A stretch of DNA of 64,000 nt from an uncultured Spirochaetota bacterium (GTDB lineage: Bacteria > Spirochaetota > Spirochaetia > SZUA-6 > CAVTHK01), in NCBI GenBank assembly GCA_963734495.1, contig CAVTHK010000013.1, positions 192,001-256,000 on the forward strand. Reading direction: 5' to 3'. Made by a program: the position numbers and the translations under genes. A model generated the notes under the pieces. That model worked only from the letters and a program-made list of their open reading frames with translations, had not been told where the DNA came from and did no database searches. Of the stretch, positions 38,832 through 51,137 are shown piece by piece (within the stretch, counting starts at the first letter, position 1; each line of letters opens with the position of its first letter).

Positions 38832-38942
38832 TCGGGCGCGCAGCGGTGGCCGTCGCGGGACCGCGGGATCCTGCCGGGCTGCACCGGGTTGAGGATTCGC
38901 GCGCGTGATGCTAAGCTCACCTCCCGGGAGGGTATCATCGCC

Positions 38943-39905
38943 ATGCACCTGAGCCGCAGCGGGGTCACGCTGGTGCTGCTTCTGACGTGCTTTGCAGCAC
39001 GAGCCGAATCATACAAGCTTTCGGTCTATTACGAGGGCCCGCCCGCGGTCGCGAGAGACATCGAGCGAGCCTTCGAGACGTTTCGCGGTGACGTGCTCTC
39101 CATCGTTCCCTTTTCCGCAGACACCGAGGCGGATATGGACGCCGTGGCAGCCAAGGCGGACGTCGTCTGGGGAGGAGGCGAAGCGCTGCATGGCCGCCTG
39201 CAGGCTGCGGGCCGCGTGCGACCGTATCGCTCGTCCGAGCTGGGTTCGATAGCGGCGCCCTACTGGAAGGCCTCGCCTTTCGACGTCGTGTCGGGCCTCG
39301 AATGCATGGTCATAGCCTACGCCCCGGACCGGCTCGCGGGAGCCGCGCCCCCGGCGCGCTGGCGCGACCTCCTGGACCCGCGCTGGCGGGGACGCGTGGC
39401 GATGCGCAACCCGGCATCCGGCCCGGATTCGCTCGCCTCGGCCTCGGCGATCCTGCATTCCTTTGAATGGTCCTGGTTCGAGTCGCTTGCCGCGCAGCGG
39501 CCCCTGATCGCGCCCACCGACGACGATGCGCTCGCGCGGCTTATTTCGGGCGACGCGCTGGTGGCCGTGGTGCCCTACCACGCCGTCACCCGGGCTCGCG
39601 CCTCGCTCGCCGTGGTATGGCCCACCGACGGGGCGATCGTCACACCGCGCCCCATCGCCATCCTCCAGCAGGACAAGCGGCCGCAGATGATGACGGGCTT
39701 CGCGGAGCAGCTCGTGGACTTCGTTCTCTCGGTCGAGGGACAGACCATCGGGCGGCGGAACGGCCTCTACCCGACGCGCGTGGACGTCCTGCCCCCGCCG
39801 GGAGCTCCCGCCGTCACGCTGCCTGCCAGCGGCGAACCGGCGTGGCTGGAAGCACAGCCCGCCGACCTCGGCGACCGTCTGCGCCGCCTGTTCGGCAGCC
39901 TCTGA
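38943..39905 (+). CDS. Fe3+/AfuA-like ABC substrate-binding protein
   Basis: Signal peptide, ADVVWGG, WRDLLDPRWRG, VVWPTDG, DFVLSVEGQ. Confidence 0.75.
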   Translation: MHLSRSGVTLVLLLTCFAARAESYKLSVYYEGPPAVARDIERAFETFRGDVLSIVPFSADTEADMDAVAAKADVVWGGGEALHGRLQAAGRVRPYRSSELGSIAAPYWKASPFDVVSGLECMVIAYAPDRLAGAAPPARWRDLLDPRWRGRVAMRNPASGPDSLASASAILHSFEWSWFESLAAQRPLIAPTDDDALARLISGDALVAVVPYHAVTRARASLAVVWPTDGAIVTPRPIAILQQDKRPQMMTGFAEQLVDFVLSVEGQTIGRRNGLYPTRVDVLPPPGAPAVTLPASGEPAWLEAQPADLGDRLRRLFGSL

Positions 39906-39939
39906 GGCCGGCCCCGCGCGGCCGCCCGCGCCGGGACCG

Positions 39940-40794
39940 TCAATCCGCCTTCGTGTCCCCCCGCGCGTAATCCGCGAGCCTCGCGATCTCGGCCGGCCAT
40001 CGATCCTCGTCCGGCGTTTCGAGGATCAGGGGGATCCCGTCCGTGCGCGGGTCGCTCATCAGGCAGCGGAACGCCCCCCAGCCGATCTCGCCGTCTCCGA
40101 GCGGCGCGTGGCGGTCCACGCGGCTGCCGAGAGCGGTCTGCGAGTCGTTGAGGTGCATGCCCCTGAGGCGGCGCAGGCCGACGATGCGGTCCAGCTCCGA
40201 CAGGATTCGCTCGCAGCCCGCGCGCAGGTCGTAGCCGCCGGCAAAGGCGTGCGCGGTGTCGAGGCAGATGCCGATCCGATCCCCGTGTACCACACGCTCG
40301 AGCAGGCGGGCCAACTGCTCGAACGTCCGTCCGACGTTGGTGCCCTGGCCCGCGGTGATCTCCACGACCGCGGTCACGCCCTCGGTCCGATCGAGCCCGA
40401 AGTCGATCGATTCGGCGACGAGATCCAGGCACGCCTCGTCGCTCATCAGCCCCTTGTGGGCGCCCGGGTGAAAGTTCAGCATCGTGAGGCCCAGCTCTTC
40501 GCAGCGGCGCAGCTCGTCGACGAAGGCTTCGCGCGATTTCGCGAGGATCTTCGAGTCCGGAGCGCCGAGGTTGATCAGGTAGCTGTCGTGCGGGAGGATG
40601 CTTTCCGGACCGTAGCCGGCTTCGCTGCAATTGCCGCGAAACGCCGCGATCGTCTTCGCGCTCAGCGGCGACGAGCGCCAGGCGAGCTGGTTGCGGGTGA
40701 ACAGCGCGAACCCCGTGGCTCCGATAGCGCGGGCGCGCAGAGGCGCGTTCTCGACGCCGCCTTCGGTCGACACGTGCGGCCCGATGAGCTTCAC
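39940..40794 (-). CDS. nfo: Endonuclease IV
   Basis: GPHVS, PHDSYLINLG, NFHPG, CLDTAHAF, HLNDS, DRH, ILETP. Confidence 0.95.
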   Translation of the reverse strand: MKLIGPHVSTEGGVENAPLRARAIGATGFALFTRNQLAWRSSPLSAKTIAAFRGNCSEAGYGPESILPHDSYLINLGAPDSKILAKSREAFVDELRRCEELGLTMLNFHPGAHKGLMSDEACLDLVAESIDFGLDRTEGVTAVVEITAGQGTNVGRTFEQLARLLERVVHGDRIGICLDTAHAFAGGYDLRAGCERILSELDRIVGLRRLRGMHLNDSQTALGSRVDRHAPLGDGEIGWGAFRCLMSDPRTDGIPLILETPDEDRWPAEIARLADYARGDTKAD

Positions 40795-40802
40795 GAGCGC
40801 GC

Positions 40803-40831
40803 ATCATGAGCGGCGGCACTTCGGGAGTCAA
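40803..40831 (-). promoter_or_regulatory. nfo promoter (leaderless-type)
   Basis: TTGACT, 17 bp, CATGAT, 8 nt before GTG, no RBS. Confidence 0.55.
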
Positions 40832-40848
40832 GCGTGCGGGACGGAAGG

Positions 40849-40985
40849 AAAAAAAGAGAGAGGGGAAAGGCAAAAAAGCGGGGGTAGTAACACTACCCCC
40901 ATTTGCTGCAGCAAGGGAAACCGGGCAAGGAAAGGAGGTGAAACTTGCCCGCAGGGGAAAACCTTCAGGCTCCCCTCTCTCTTCA
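40849..40985 (-). ncRNA. Candidate structured small RNA with an anti-SD loop
   Basis: 13 bp closing stem, internal 8 bp and 9 bp hairpins, CACCTCCTTT in a loop, two U-tracts on the minus strand; not matched to a known family. Confidence 0.5.
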
Positions 40986-41018
40986 ACTGGACAAACAACC
41001 GAGTGATGGGAAGGTTAC

Positions 41019-41067
41019 AAAAGGAAAGGGCCGCGCCCTCCGACGGTCGGTCGAGAGGGTGCGGCCC
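41019..41067 (-). terminator. Terminator of the 41092..41787 gene
   Basis: GGGCCGCACCCTC...GAGGGCGCGGCCC followed by TTTCCTTTT on the minus strand. Confidence 0.7.
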
Positions 41068-41091
41068 CGCGTCCGCGGAAGCAGGGTTCGC

Positions 41092-41787
41092 TTACTCCAG
41101 CTTGGTGACCTTCAAATTGTCAAACGCGACCGCCAGGCTGTTGGTCCTCAACCCGATGTACTTGCCCGACTTGAGGGGGATGTCCGCCTTGAAGCGGTAG
41201 AAGAAGTTCAGGTCGAGCGGATCGTAGACCCGGATCTCCCCGGCATTGGTGTCGACGACGATCTTGACCGGAATCGTGATATTGAAAGCCTCGGGTCTCA
41301 TGTAGCTCGCCGGCAGCGGCAGGTTGTTGCCCGCCTTCATGATGTCACGCGGCGGGTACAGCCCCATCTGCGTGGGTCCCGTGCTCGCGTAGGCCTGGGC
41401 GAAGACGCCCGGCCCGTAGGCCGCTTTGTCCCAGGTGAGCCACAGCAGGCCCGAAGTCCCATCGCCCCAGCTGCGCCCCTTGCTCGGGTCCGAGGCCATG
41501 ATGTGGAAGCCGAACCCGCCGTAGTCGTCCTGGAAGCCGTCGACGTACTGGATGTCGAACTCGTACTGCATGACGCCCGACTGCTCGCAGGGGATGTTCA
41601 GGACCGACATCGTTTCCTTGGTGTCGGTCTGGTAGAGTTTGCCATCCTTGATCTGCCAATTGCCGGCCGCCACTATCCAGCCCGCGGGGAGCGGCCCGCT
41701 CGAGAAGCTGTTGATCAGCACGGTCTGACCCGAAACCATGCCGGCTGCCAGCAGGAAGGCCAATAGCCATACGAAGAGCCTTTTCAT
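41092..41787 (-). CDS. Secreted beta-sandwich (ConA-like) protein
   Basis: Signal peptide; GNWQIKDGKLYQ, GKYIGLRT...FDNLKV; GGAGGA RBS. Confidence 0.7.
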   Translation of the reverse strand: MKRLFVWLLAFLLAAGMVSGQTVLINSFSSGPLPAGWIVAAGNWQIKDGKLYQTDTKETMSVLNIPCEQSGVMQYEFDIQYVDGFQDDYGGFGFHIMASDPSKGRSWGDGTSGLLWLTWDKAAYGPGVFAQAYASTGPTQMGLYPPRDIMKAGNNLPLPASYMRPEAFNITIPVKIVVDTNAGEIRVYDPLDLNFFYRFKADIPLKSGKYIGLRTNSLAVAFDNLKVTKLE

Positions 41788-41853
41788 CGATCCATCCTCC
41801 CGTCCGACTGAGTTGGTTTATCCTGAATCCGGGTCATTATGGACCCGCCATTT

Positions 41854-42459
41854 TCAGCCGTCAAGTTTTTTTTGCTTGTGGAGCAAGCCGATCAGGTAGG
41901 TCTCGGTCGATGCCTTGCGGCTCGCGGGGGGCTTGAACGCCCGGGCCTTCTCGTAGCTCCCTCTCATCAGGTCGAGAAGCCGCCGCTCCTCGCCTCCCTG
42001 CAGGATCTTCACCACCAGGTGGCCGCCCGGGGCGAGATGCGAGTCGGCGAGCTCGATCGCCCGCTCGGCGAGCGCCGCGGACGACGCCACGTCGGAGAGC
42101 CGCGTGCCGGTCGTCGACGGCGCCGCGTCGCTCAGCACCGTGTCGAACGGGCCGCGTTCCGCGAGCTGCGGACCGAGCGCGGAGGCGAGGATGTCGCCCT
42201 TGAGAAATGTCAGGCGGGCACCTCCTTCGCGCGTGACCGACGGGTCGAGATCCTGGAGGTCCACCGCCGTCACCGTCGCGGACCACTGCGTGAGCACGTA
42301 GCGGCACCAGCTTCCGGGCGCGGCCCCCAGGTCCAGCACGCGGCCCCCGCGCCGCACCACCGCAAATCGTCTCTGGATCTCCTCGAGCTTGAACACCGAT
42401 CGCGCCGGATAGCCGGCCTCGCGCGCCTTGCGCGTGTAGTGGTCCGCCCAACGGTTCAT
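41854..42459 (-). CDS. rlmE: 23S rRNA 2'-O-methyltransferase RlmE/FtsJ
   Basis: YPARSVFKLEEI, DLGAAPGSW, VLSDAAP, KPPASRKAS.ETY. Confidence 0.92.
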   Translation of the reverse strand: MNRWADHYTRKAREAGYPARSVFKLEEIQRRFAVVRRGGRVLDLGAAPGSWCRYVLTQWSATVTAVDLQDLDPSVTREGGARLTFLKGDILASALGPQLAERGPFDTVLSDAAPSTTGTRLSDVASSAALAERAIELADSHLAPGGHLVVKILQGGEERRLLDLMRGSYEKARAFKPPASRKASTETYLIGLLHKQKKLDG

Positions 42460-42542
42460 ATCGCCCATCATACACGTGCGGGCCGCGGCCGCAAACGGCA
42501 GCGGGCCGCTCCGGCCTTTCCGGGGCGCGTCGGGTGCGATTG

Positions 42543-42572
42543 TTGACAGGTGCGCGGCGCGGGCCGTACTTT
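42543..42572 (+). promoter_or_regulatory. Rhomboid gene promoter (leaderless-type)
   Basis: TTGACA, 18 bp, TACTTT, 7 nt before ATG. Confidence 0.6.
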
Positions 42573-42579
42573 AGAACAA

Positions 42580-43191
42580 ATGAACCGTGTCCGCAGGCCG
42601 TTGCCCTACCATTTCTACAATGCGACTCTCGGGCTCGTCATCGCGTGCGTCGTGGTGTTTCTCCTGACGATGACGTCGCGCAGCGCGTTCGCCTACCTCA
42701 GCCTGATCCCGCAGCTCGTGACGCAGGCGGGGTACGTCTGGCAGCTCGTGACGTACATGTTCGTGCATGCGAGCTTCGGCCACATCCTGTTCAACATGCT
42801 CGGCCTGTACATGTTCGGGATCCCGCTCGAGCGCGAGATGGGCAGCTCGGAGTTCCTGGTCTACTACTTCACCACCGGGATCGGCGTCGGCATCGTCTGC
42901 TTGCTGCTCGGGATCAACGTCGTTGGTGCTTCGGGCGCGATCTACGCGCTGCTGCTCGGCTTTGCCACTTACTTCCCGCACTCGCGGATCTTTCTCTTCG
43001 GGCTCCTGCCCCTGCAGGCGCCCATCGCGGTCCTCGTGTTCGCCGCGATGTCCGTCTTCTTCCAGTTCACGGGCCTGCAGGGCGGCGTTGCGCACTTCGC
43101 CCACCTGGCCGGCATCGGGTTCGGTTACCTGTATTTCCTCCTTCGCCTCCGCATCAACCCGGTCCGCGTGTTTCTCGAGCAAAGCCGCTGA
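42580..43191 (+). CDS. Rhomboid family intramembrane serine protease
   Basis: WQLVTYMFVH, HILFNM, GASG, AHFAHLAG. Confidence 0.92.
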   Translation: MNRVRRPLPYHFYNATLGLVIACVVVFLLTMTSRSAFAYLSLIPQLVTQAGYVWQLVTYMFVHASFGHILFNMLGLYMFGIPLEREMGSSEFLVYYFTTGIGVGIVCLLLGINVVGASGAIYALLLGFATYFPHSRIFLFGLLPLQAPIAVLVFAAMSVFFQFTGLQGGVAHFAHLAGIGFGYLYFLLRLRINPVRVFLEQSR

Positions 43192-43225
43192 GCGCTCGCG
43201 CTCCCCGCCTGCCGATAATCGAAGC

Positions 43226-43885
43226 GTGAGTCGATGGATCAGGCCTCTCGCCGTCCTGCTGGCGCTGCTCGCGGCGGCGCCGGCGGGCGCCTCGGGTCCC
43301 CTGCTCGAGGTCCCGGTCTGGACCGAGATCGAGCCCCCGCTCTCCATTGTTCCCGAGTCCCCGGAAGCGCTCCGCCTGCGCCTGCTCGAGCAGGCCCGCG
43401 CCGTCATCGGCGCGATGATCTACGGCTACCGATTCGTCTACACGCCGTCCGACCGGGCGCGCGGCGTTGCCGACAGGTTCGAGATCACGCCTCTCGGCGA
43501 GGTCCGGTGGGGCGACCCGCGCCTCTCCGTGGCGTGGCTCCTCAGGCAGAAGGACCGGGTATCGGGCCGGATCGCCTACGAGCTCGCCGATTTCCAGAGC
43601 GCCCGGCGCCGCGCCTGGGGCACGAACACGCTCCCGACCGCCACCGGCCGCGGCGAGCAGTCGCTGTTTGCGGGACCGGATGCGCGCCAGGAGTCCCTCA
43701 CGCGGGCGATCGAGCAGGCCATCCGCGACTACGCCCGCGGCCGGATGGATAACAAGCCGCGCGAGCTCAGGGGCGAGGTGGTGATCTGGGAGCCGCCGTA
43801 CACGGTGTTCGGCGCCGGCACCTACCTGACCACCGTCAAGGTGAAGCTCAGGATAGAGGAAGCGGTCCCATACCGGGTGTTCTGA
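43226..43885 (+). CDS. Secreted hypothetical protein
   Basis: Signal peptide after GTG; MIYGYRFVYTPSDRARGVAD; host-like codon usage. Confidence 0.7.
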   Translation: MSRWIRPLAVLLALLAAAPAGASGPLLEVPVWTEIEPPLSIVPESPEALRLRLLEQARAVIGAMIYGYRFVYTPSDRARGVADRFEITPLGEVRWGDPRLSVAWLLRQKDRVSGRIAYELADFQSARRRAWGTNTLPTATGRGEQSLFAGPDARQESLTRAIEQAIRDYARGRMDNKPRELRGEVVIWEPPYTVFGAGTYLTTVKVKLRIEEAVPYRVF

Positions 43886-44030
43886 ACGCCGCGGCCCGTC
43901 GCGGCGGGACGGCCGCCGCCGGCTGCTGCGCGCCGGCAGTTGTGCGTCCCGCCCCACCGCTGCGCGTTTCGAGCACGCCGCGTTCTCGAGGCAGCCCCCT
44001 TCCTTCGTTGGCGTTCTCTGGCTCGCGCAA

Positions 44031-44089
44031 CCGTCGTTCCCGTTCCCGTCGTTCCCGTTCTTGACGATCGGGCGGGGAGCGTATACGGT
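44031..44089 (+). promoter_or_regulatory. Putative purA promoter preceded by a 15 bp tandem duplication
   Basis: CCGTCGTTCCCGTTC twice (44031-44060), then TTGACG and a weak -10 (TACGGT at 17 bp). Confidence 0.45.
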
Positions 44090-44150
44090 GGCCGTTGGTT
44101 CGAGCAGCGCGGGCCTCTTGAGATCCCTCCGCACCGAGGAGAAGTCGTAA

Positions 44151-45428
44151 TTGAAAGTCACCGCAATCGTCGGCGCCAACTGGGGTGATGAGGGAAAGGG
44201 CAAGATCACCGACTACCTCGCCTCGGAATCCTCCTTCGTGGTCCGTTTCCAGGGTGGGAAGAACGCCGGCCACACGATCATCAACGAGTACGGGAAGTTC
44301 GCGCTGCACCTGCTGCCTTCGGGAGTCTTCTACCCGAACGTGACCAACGTCCTCGGCCCCGGAATCGCGCTCGACGTCGAGGCCTTCCTCAAGGAACGCG
44401 AGGAGCTCCTGCGCCGGGGCGTTCCCGAGCCCAAGCTCAGGGTTTCCGACCGCGCCCAGGTGGTGATGCCGTACCACATCCTGTTCGACAAGTACGAAGA
44501 AGAACGGCTCGCCGACCGCAAGTTCGGCTCGACCCGGAGCGGCATCGCGCCTTTCTACGCCGACAAGTACCTCAAGATCGGCATCCAGACCGCGGACCTC
44601 TTCGACGAGGCGCGCCTGCGCGCCCGGCTCGAAACCGCGCTGCCGGTCAAGAACGCGCTGCTCGAGCACCTGTATCACCAGCCGCTCATCGAACTGAAGA
44701 CCCTGCTCGCGCAGCTCCTCGAATGGGGACGGGGGATCAAGCCGTTCCTCTGCGACACCACCGACCTTCTGCTCGGCGGCCTCGCGCGCGGGGAGCACGT
44801 CCTCCTCGAGGGCCAGCTGGGCGCACTGCGCGATCCGGACCATGGCATCTACCCCTACCCCACCTCCTCGTCGACGCTGGCGGGGTTCGGCGCCGTCGGC
44901 GCCGGGGTGCCGCCTCACGCCATCGAGCGTGTGATCGCGGTCACCAAGTCGTACTCCACCTGTGTCGGCGAGGGCCCGTTCGTGACCGAGATCTTCGGGG
45001 AGCAGGCGACGGAGCTGCGCAACCGCGGGGGCGACGCCGGCGAGTACGGCGCCACGACCGGCCGTCCGCGGAGGATGGGCTGGTTCGACGCGGTCGCGAC
45101 CCGCTACGGATGCCGCGTGCAGGGGGCCACCGAGGTCGCCCTGACGATGCTCGACGTGCTCGGGTACATGGAGTCGATCCCCATCTGCACGTCGTACAGG
45201 ATCGACGGGCGCGCCACCAACCGTTTCCCGGTGCCGGCCGAGCTGGACAGGGCCGAGCCGGTCCTGGAGCAGATGAAGGGCTGGAGGCAGGACGTCAGCG
45301 GCGTGCGGCGCTTCGAGGACCTCCCCGGCGAGGCTCGCGACTACGTGGCCACTCTGGAGCAGCTCATCGAGACTCCGATCCGATGGATCTCGGTGGGACC
45401 GAGGCGCGACGCGATCATCAGGAAGTAG
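44151..45428 (+). CDS. purA: Adenylosuccinate synthetase
   Basis: GANWGDEGKGK, GGKNAGHT, GIYPYPTSS, EYGATTGRPRRMGWFD. Confidence 0.96.
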   Translation: MKVTAIVGANWGDEGKGKITDYLASESSFVVRFQGGKNAGHTIINEYGKFALHLLPSGVFYPNVTNVLGPGIALDVEAFLKEREELLRRGVPEPKLRVSDRAQVVMPYHILFDKYEEERLADRKFGSTRSGIAPFYADKYLKIGIQTADLFDEARLRARLETALPVKNALLEHLYHQPLIELKTLLAQLLEWGRGIKPFLCDTTDLLLGGLARGEHVLLEGQLGALRDPDHGIYPYPTSSSTLAGFGAVGAGVPPHAIERVIAVTKSYSTCVGEGPFVTEIFGEQATELRNRGGDAGEYGATTGRPRRMGWFDAVATRYGCRVQGATEVALTMLDVLGYMESIPICTSYRIDGRATNRFPVPAELDRAEPVLEQMKGWRQDVSGVRRFEDLPGEARDYVATLEQLIETPIRWISVGPRRDAIIRK

Positions 45429-45434
45429 GCATCG

Positions 45435-46718
45435 ATGGCCAACGGCTCCCGCAACGGCAGGAACGGTCACCAGACCAGGCTCGAGCGCTTCCAGGACGTC
45501 AAGCCGGTCAGCCGGCTGGCCTATGCGCTCATGGTGGTTCCTGTCCGTCCCCTGGTGCTCAAGATCTTCCGAATCCGCGTGGTCAACCGGGAGGTGGCGC
45601 CCTACAACAAGCCGGCGATCGTGCTCTGCAACCACGTGGCGCTCTTCGACCCGATCTGGCTCTACGCGGCCGTGCGCGGGTCGATCCACTTCGTCACCAC
45701 GGAGGACGTCTTCCGAAGGCCCATCATCGGGCTGCTGCTCCACCTCCTCGGCTGCTTTCCCAAACGCAAGGCGGTCCAGGACTTCAGCTCCCTCAAGAAC
45801 ATCATCCGCGTGCTCAAAAAGGGGCGCCCCATCGCCGTCTTCCCGGAGGGCATCCGCACGTGGGACGGGCTGCTCGCTCCGATCGCGCCCGGCGTCGCGA
45901 CCCTGATTCAGAAGATGAAGGTCCCGGTCATCACCTGCCGCCAGGAAGGGGCGTACGTGAGCCATCCGCGGTGGGCGCGCAGGTGGCGACAGTATCCGGT
46001 GACCTTCACCTTCAAGAAGCTCTACGAGCCGGAGACGATCCCGGACGACACCGAGCGGATCCTCGACGACATCCGCAAAGGGATCACGGTCGACGACTAC
46101 TCGCTGCCCGTGGACGAGACCCGCTACCGGCGCAGCGGCCTCGCGGTCGACGTGACGAGGCTGCTCTACCGCTGCCCCGTCTGCCGGACCTATGAGGGAC
46201 TGAAGGTCGTGCGGCCGCACGGATCCAACCGCATCGAGTGCGTGAGCTGCTTCTCCTCCTGGCGCCTCTCGGTCTCCAATCACCTGATCCCGCTCGACGA
46301 AAGCGGCCGGGCCCTCGACGAGCGGATCCCGCTGCACGCGGTCTACCGCCAGATCCGGGAGTTCCCGCTCGTGCCGCAGGCGGGCAGCAGGCTCCTCCGC
46401 CTGCAGCCCGGGGAGACGCTGTACCTCAGGAGCCGTCCCCACTTCCTCAGGCGCGAGGACGTGTTCCCGCGCATACGCACGCTGTCCATAGGCAGGATCT
46501 ACCTGACGGACCGGCGCCTGATCTTCCGCAACCGCTACCGCCTGATCCTCGACGCCCCCCTCGGCGACATCAAGGGGCTCTCGACGGAGGCCGGCAACCG
46601 CTTCAACTTCGTGTACGGCGGCAGAGTGTACAACGTGATGTTCCGCTACGAGAGCATCCTCAAGTGGTTCGACACGATCAGCCGCCTCTCGGGCGCCTCG
46701 GTCCCCGGCATCATTTAG
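45435..46718 (+). CDS. Lysophospholipid acyltransferase (PlsC-like) with a C-terminal extension
   Basis: NHVALFD (HxxxxD), VFPEG; later CPVC...CVSC and [12 protein letters not shown]. Confidence 0.85.
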   Translation: MANGSRNGRNGHQTRLERFQDVKPVSRLAYALMVVPVRPLVLKIFRIRVVNREVAPYNKPAIVLCNHVALFDPIWLYAAVRGSIHFVTTEDVFRRPIIGLLLHLLGCFPKRKAVQDFSSLKNIIRVLKKGRPIAVFPEGIRTWDGLLAPIAPGVATLIQKMKVPVITCRQEGAYVSHPRWARRWRQYPVTFTFKKLYEPETIPDDTERILDDIRKGITVDDYSLPVDETRYRRSGLAVDVTRLLYRCPVCRTYEGLKVVRPHGSNRIECVSCFSSWRLSVSNHLIPLDESGRALDERIPLHAVYRQIREFPLVPQAGSRLLRLQPGETLYLRSRPHFLRREDVFPRIRTLSIGRIYLTDRRLIFRNRYRLILDAPLGDIKGLSTEAGNRFNFVYGGRVYNVMFRYESILKWFDTISRLSGASVPGII

Positions 46719-46813
46719 GAGCCCGAGCCGCCCTGCTCCGGCTTGCGCGGCGCGGAGACCAGCGCCTACAATCGGAAGGGTGCGCGGCGCCGGCGGCGCG
46801 CACGGAGGGGCTC

Positions 46814-49469
<2,656 letters not shown>

Positions 49470-49563
49470 AGGCCGGGGCGCGGGGCCCGGCGACGCGGGG
49501 CCCGCCGACCCGGCGCGGAGCCCTCGTGTTATATTCGCGCCCGGGAGGAGACGGGAGGAGACG

Positions 49564-50368
49564 ATGGAGCTGAACCTCTCGGGACGGAACGCGATCGTCA
49601 CCGGCGGGTCCGCCGGCATCGGGCTGGCCTGCGCGCGCGCCCTCGCTGCCGAGGGAGTCAGCGTGGCCATCGCAGCCCGCGACCCCCAACGGCTCGCCCG
49701 CGCCGCCGCGGAGGTCGAAGCCGCAGCACGCGCGCGGCGCGAGGGCGCTCGCGATCGCAGCCGACCTGAGCGTCGCCGACGACGTCGAACGCATCGTAAA
49801 GACCGCGAGCGAACGCCTCGGGCCGGTCACCGTCCTGATCAACAACGCCGGCTCCGCGGTCGCCGGGCGCTTTCTGGAGCTGGCGGACCAGGCGTTTCTC
49901 GATGCGTGGAACCTGAAGCTGCTGGGATACATCCGCATGGTCCGGGCGCTGGTGCCCTCCATGGCCGCGCGCCGCGACGGCCGCATCGTCAACATCATAG
50001 GCGGGGCGGCGCGCAGCCCTTCACCTTCATTCCTTCCGGGCGGCACGGCCAACGCCGCGCTGCTGAACTTTACGCGCGGCATCGCCGCCGAGCTCGCCCG
50101 CCAGGGCATCCGCATCAACGCGATCTCGCCGGGCTCCACGGCGACCGAGCGCGCGGAGCGCCTCGCGGCGCAGACCGCGGCGGCCCGCGGCGTCAGCGTC
50201 GACGAGGAGCGCGCCGAGCGCGCGAAGGAGATGCCGATCGGACGGCTCGTCGCCCCCGAGGAGATCGCGGCGATGGCGGTGTTCCTCGTCTCGGACCTGG
50301 CCGGCGCGATCGCAGGGGCCGAGGTGGTGATCGACGGCGGGCGCTCCGCGGGCGCCGCGGGCCGGTAG
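49564..50368 (+). CDS. Short-chain dehydrogenase/reductase (frameshift near 49735)
   Basis: VTGGSAGIG in one frame; [18 protein letters not shown] in the next. Confidence 0.85.
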
Positions 50369-50417
50369 CGCCGCGTCTGTGGACGGCGGGCCCGCCCGCG
50401 TGTATCTTGAGGCGCAC

Positions 50418-51071
50418 GTGATCCGCTGCCTCGTGCTCGACCACGACGACACGGCCGTCGACAGCACGGCCACCATCCACTACCCCGCGCACCGCGAATG
50501 CATGGCTCGCCTGAGGCCGGCCCTCGAGCCGGTGACGCTCGAGCAGTGGTACCTCAAGAACTTCGATCCCGGGATCGCGCACTACCTCGAAGAGGATCTC
50601 GGCATGAGCCGCGAGGAGCTCGAGACCGAGCTTGCGATCTGGCGCAGCCACACGGCCGCGAGGGAGCCGCACTTCTACCCCGGCATCGTCGACGTGCTGC
50701 GCGCCTTCCGCACGCGGGGCGGCCTGGTCGCCGTCGTCTCGCACTCGGAGGCGGCCACGATCGAGCGCCACTACCGCGCCGCGGGCTTCATGCCGGACGA
50801 CGTCTACGGCTGGGTCGACGACGCGGACAAGCGCAAGCCGAGCCCCTGGCCCGTCGACCGCATCCGCGAGCGCCACGGCCTCGCGCCCGGCGAAGTCGTG
50901 GTCGTCGACGACCTCAAGCCCGGGGTCCTGATGGCCGCGAGAGCAGGAGTCCGCGCGGCGGCCGCCGGCTGGGCCCACAGCATCCCGCAGATCGAGGCCT
51001 GGATGCGCGAGCACTGCGAGGCCTACCTCGCCACGGTCGGGGACCTCGAGCGCTTTCTCCTCGGAAGCTGA
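50418..51071 (+). CDS. HAD family hydrolase
   Basis: LDHDDT, KPSP, VVDD motifs. Confidence 0.82.
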   Translation: MIRCLVLDHDDTAVDSTATIHYPAHRECMARLRPALEPVTLEQWYLKNFDPGIAHYLEEDLGMSREELETELAIWRSHTAAREPHFYPGIVDVLRAFRTRGGLVAVVSHSEAATIERHYRAAGFMPDDVYGWVDDADKRKPSPWPVDRIRERHGLAPGEVVVVDDLKPGVLMAARAGVRAAAAGWAHSIPQIEAWMREHCEAYLATVGDLERFLLGS

Positions 51072-51137
51072 CTTGAAATTTGAAGGCACCCGCGCCGCGA
51101 CTCGCGCGGCTTCGGGCGCCAGCGCGCCCGCGGCGGG

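Noticed and set aside
40849-40985. SRP RNA, 6S RNA, tRNA or rRNA fragment
   Set aside because: No SRP domain IV motif, no long 6S-type rod, no cloverleaf, and only the anti-SD decamer resembles the 16S 3' end
40945-41766. 273 aa ORF behind a perfect AAAGGAGGTG RBS, or a type I toxin
   Set aside because: It is mostly the antisense shadow of the 41092..41787 gene, crosses a terminator hairpin and is not a short hydrophobic peptide
44090-44150. Purine-sensing riboswitch upstream of purA
   Set aside because: The leader is short and I could not identify purine, ZTP or PRPP aptamer motifs
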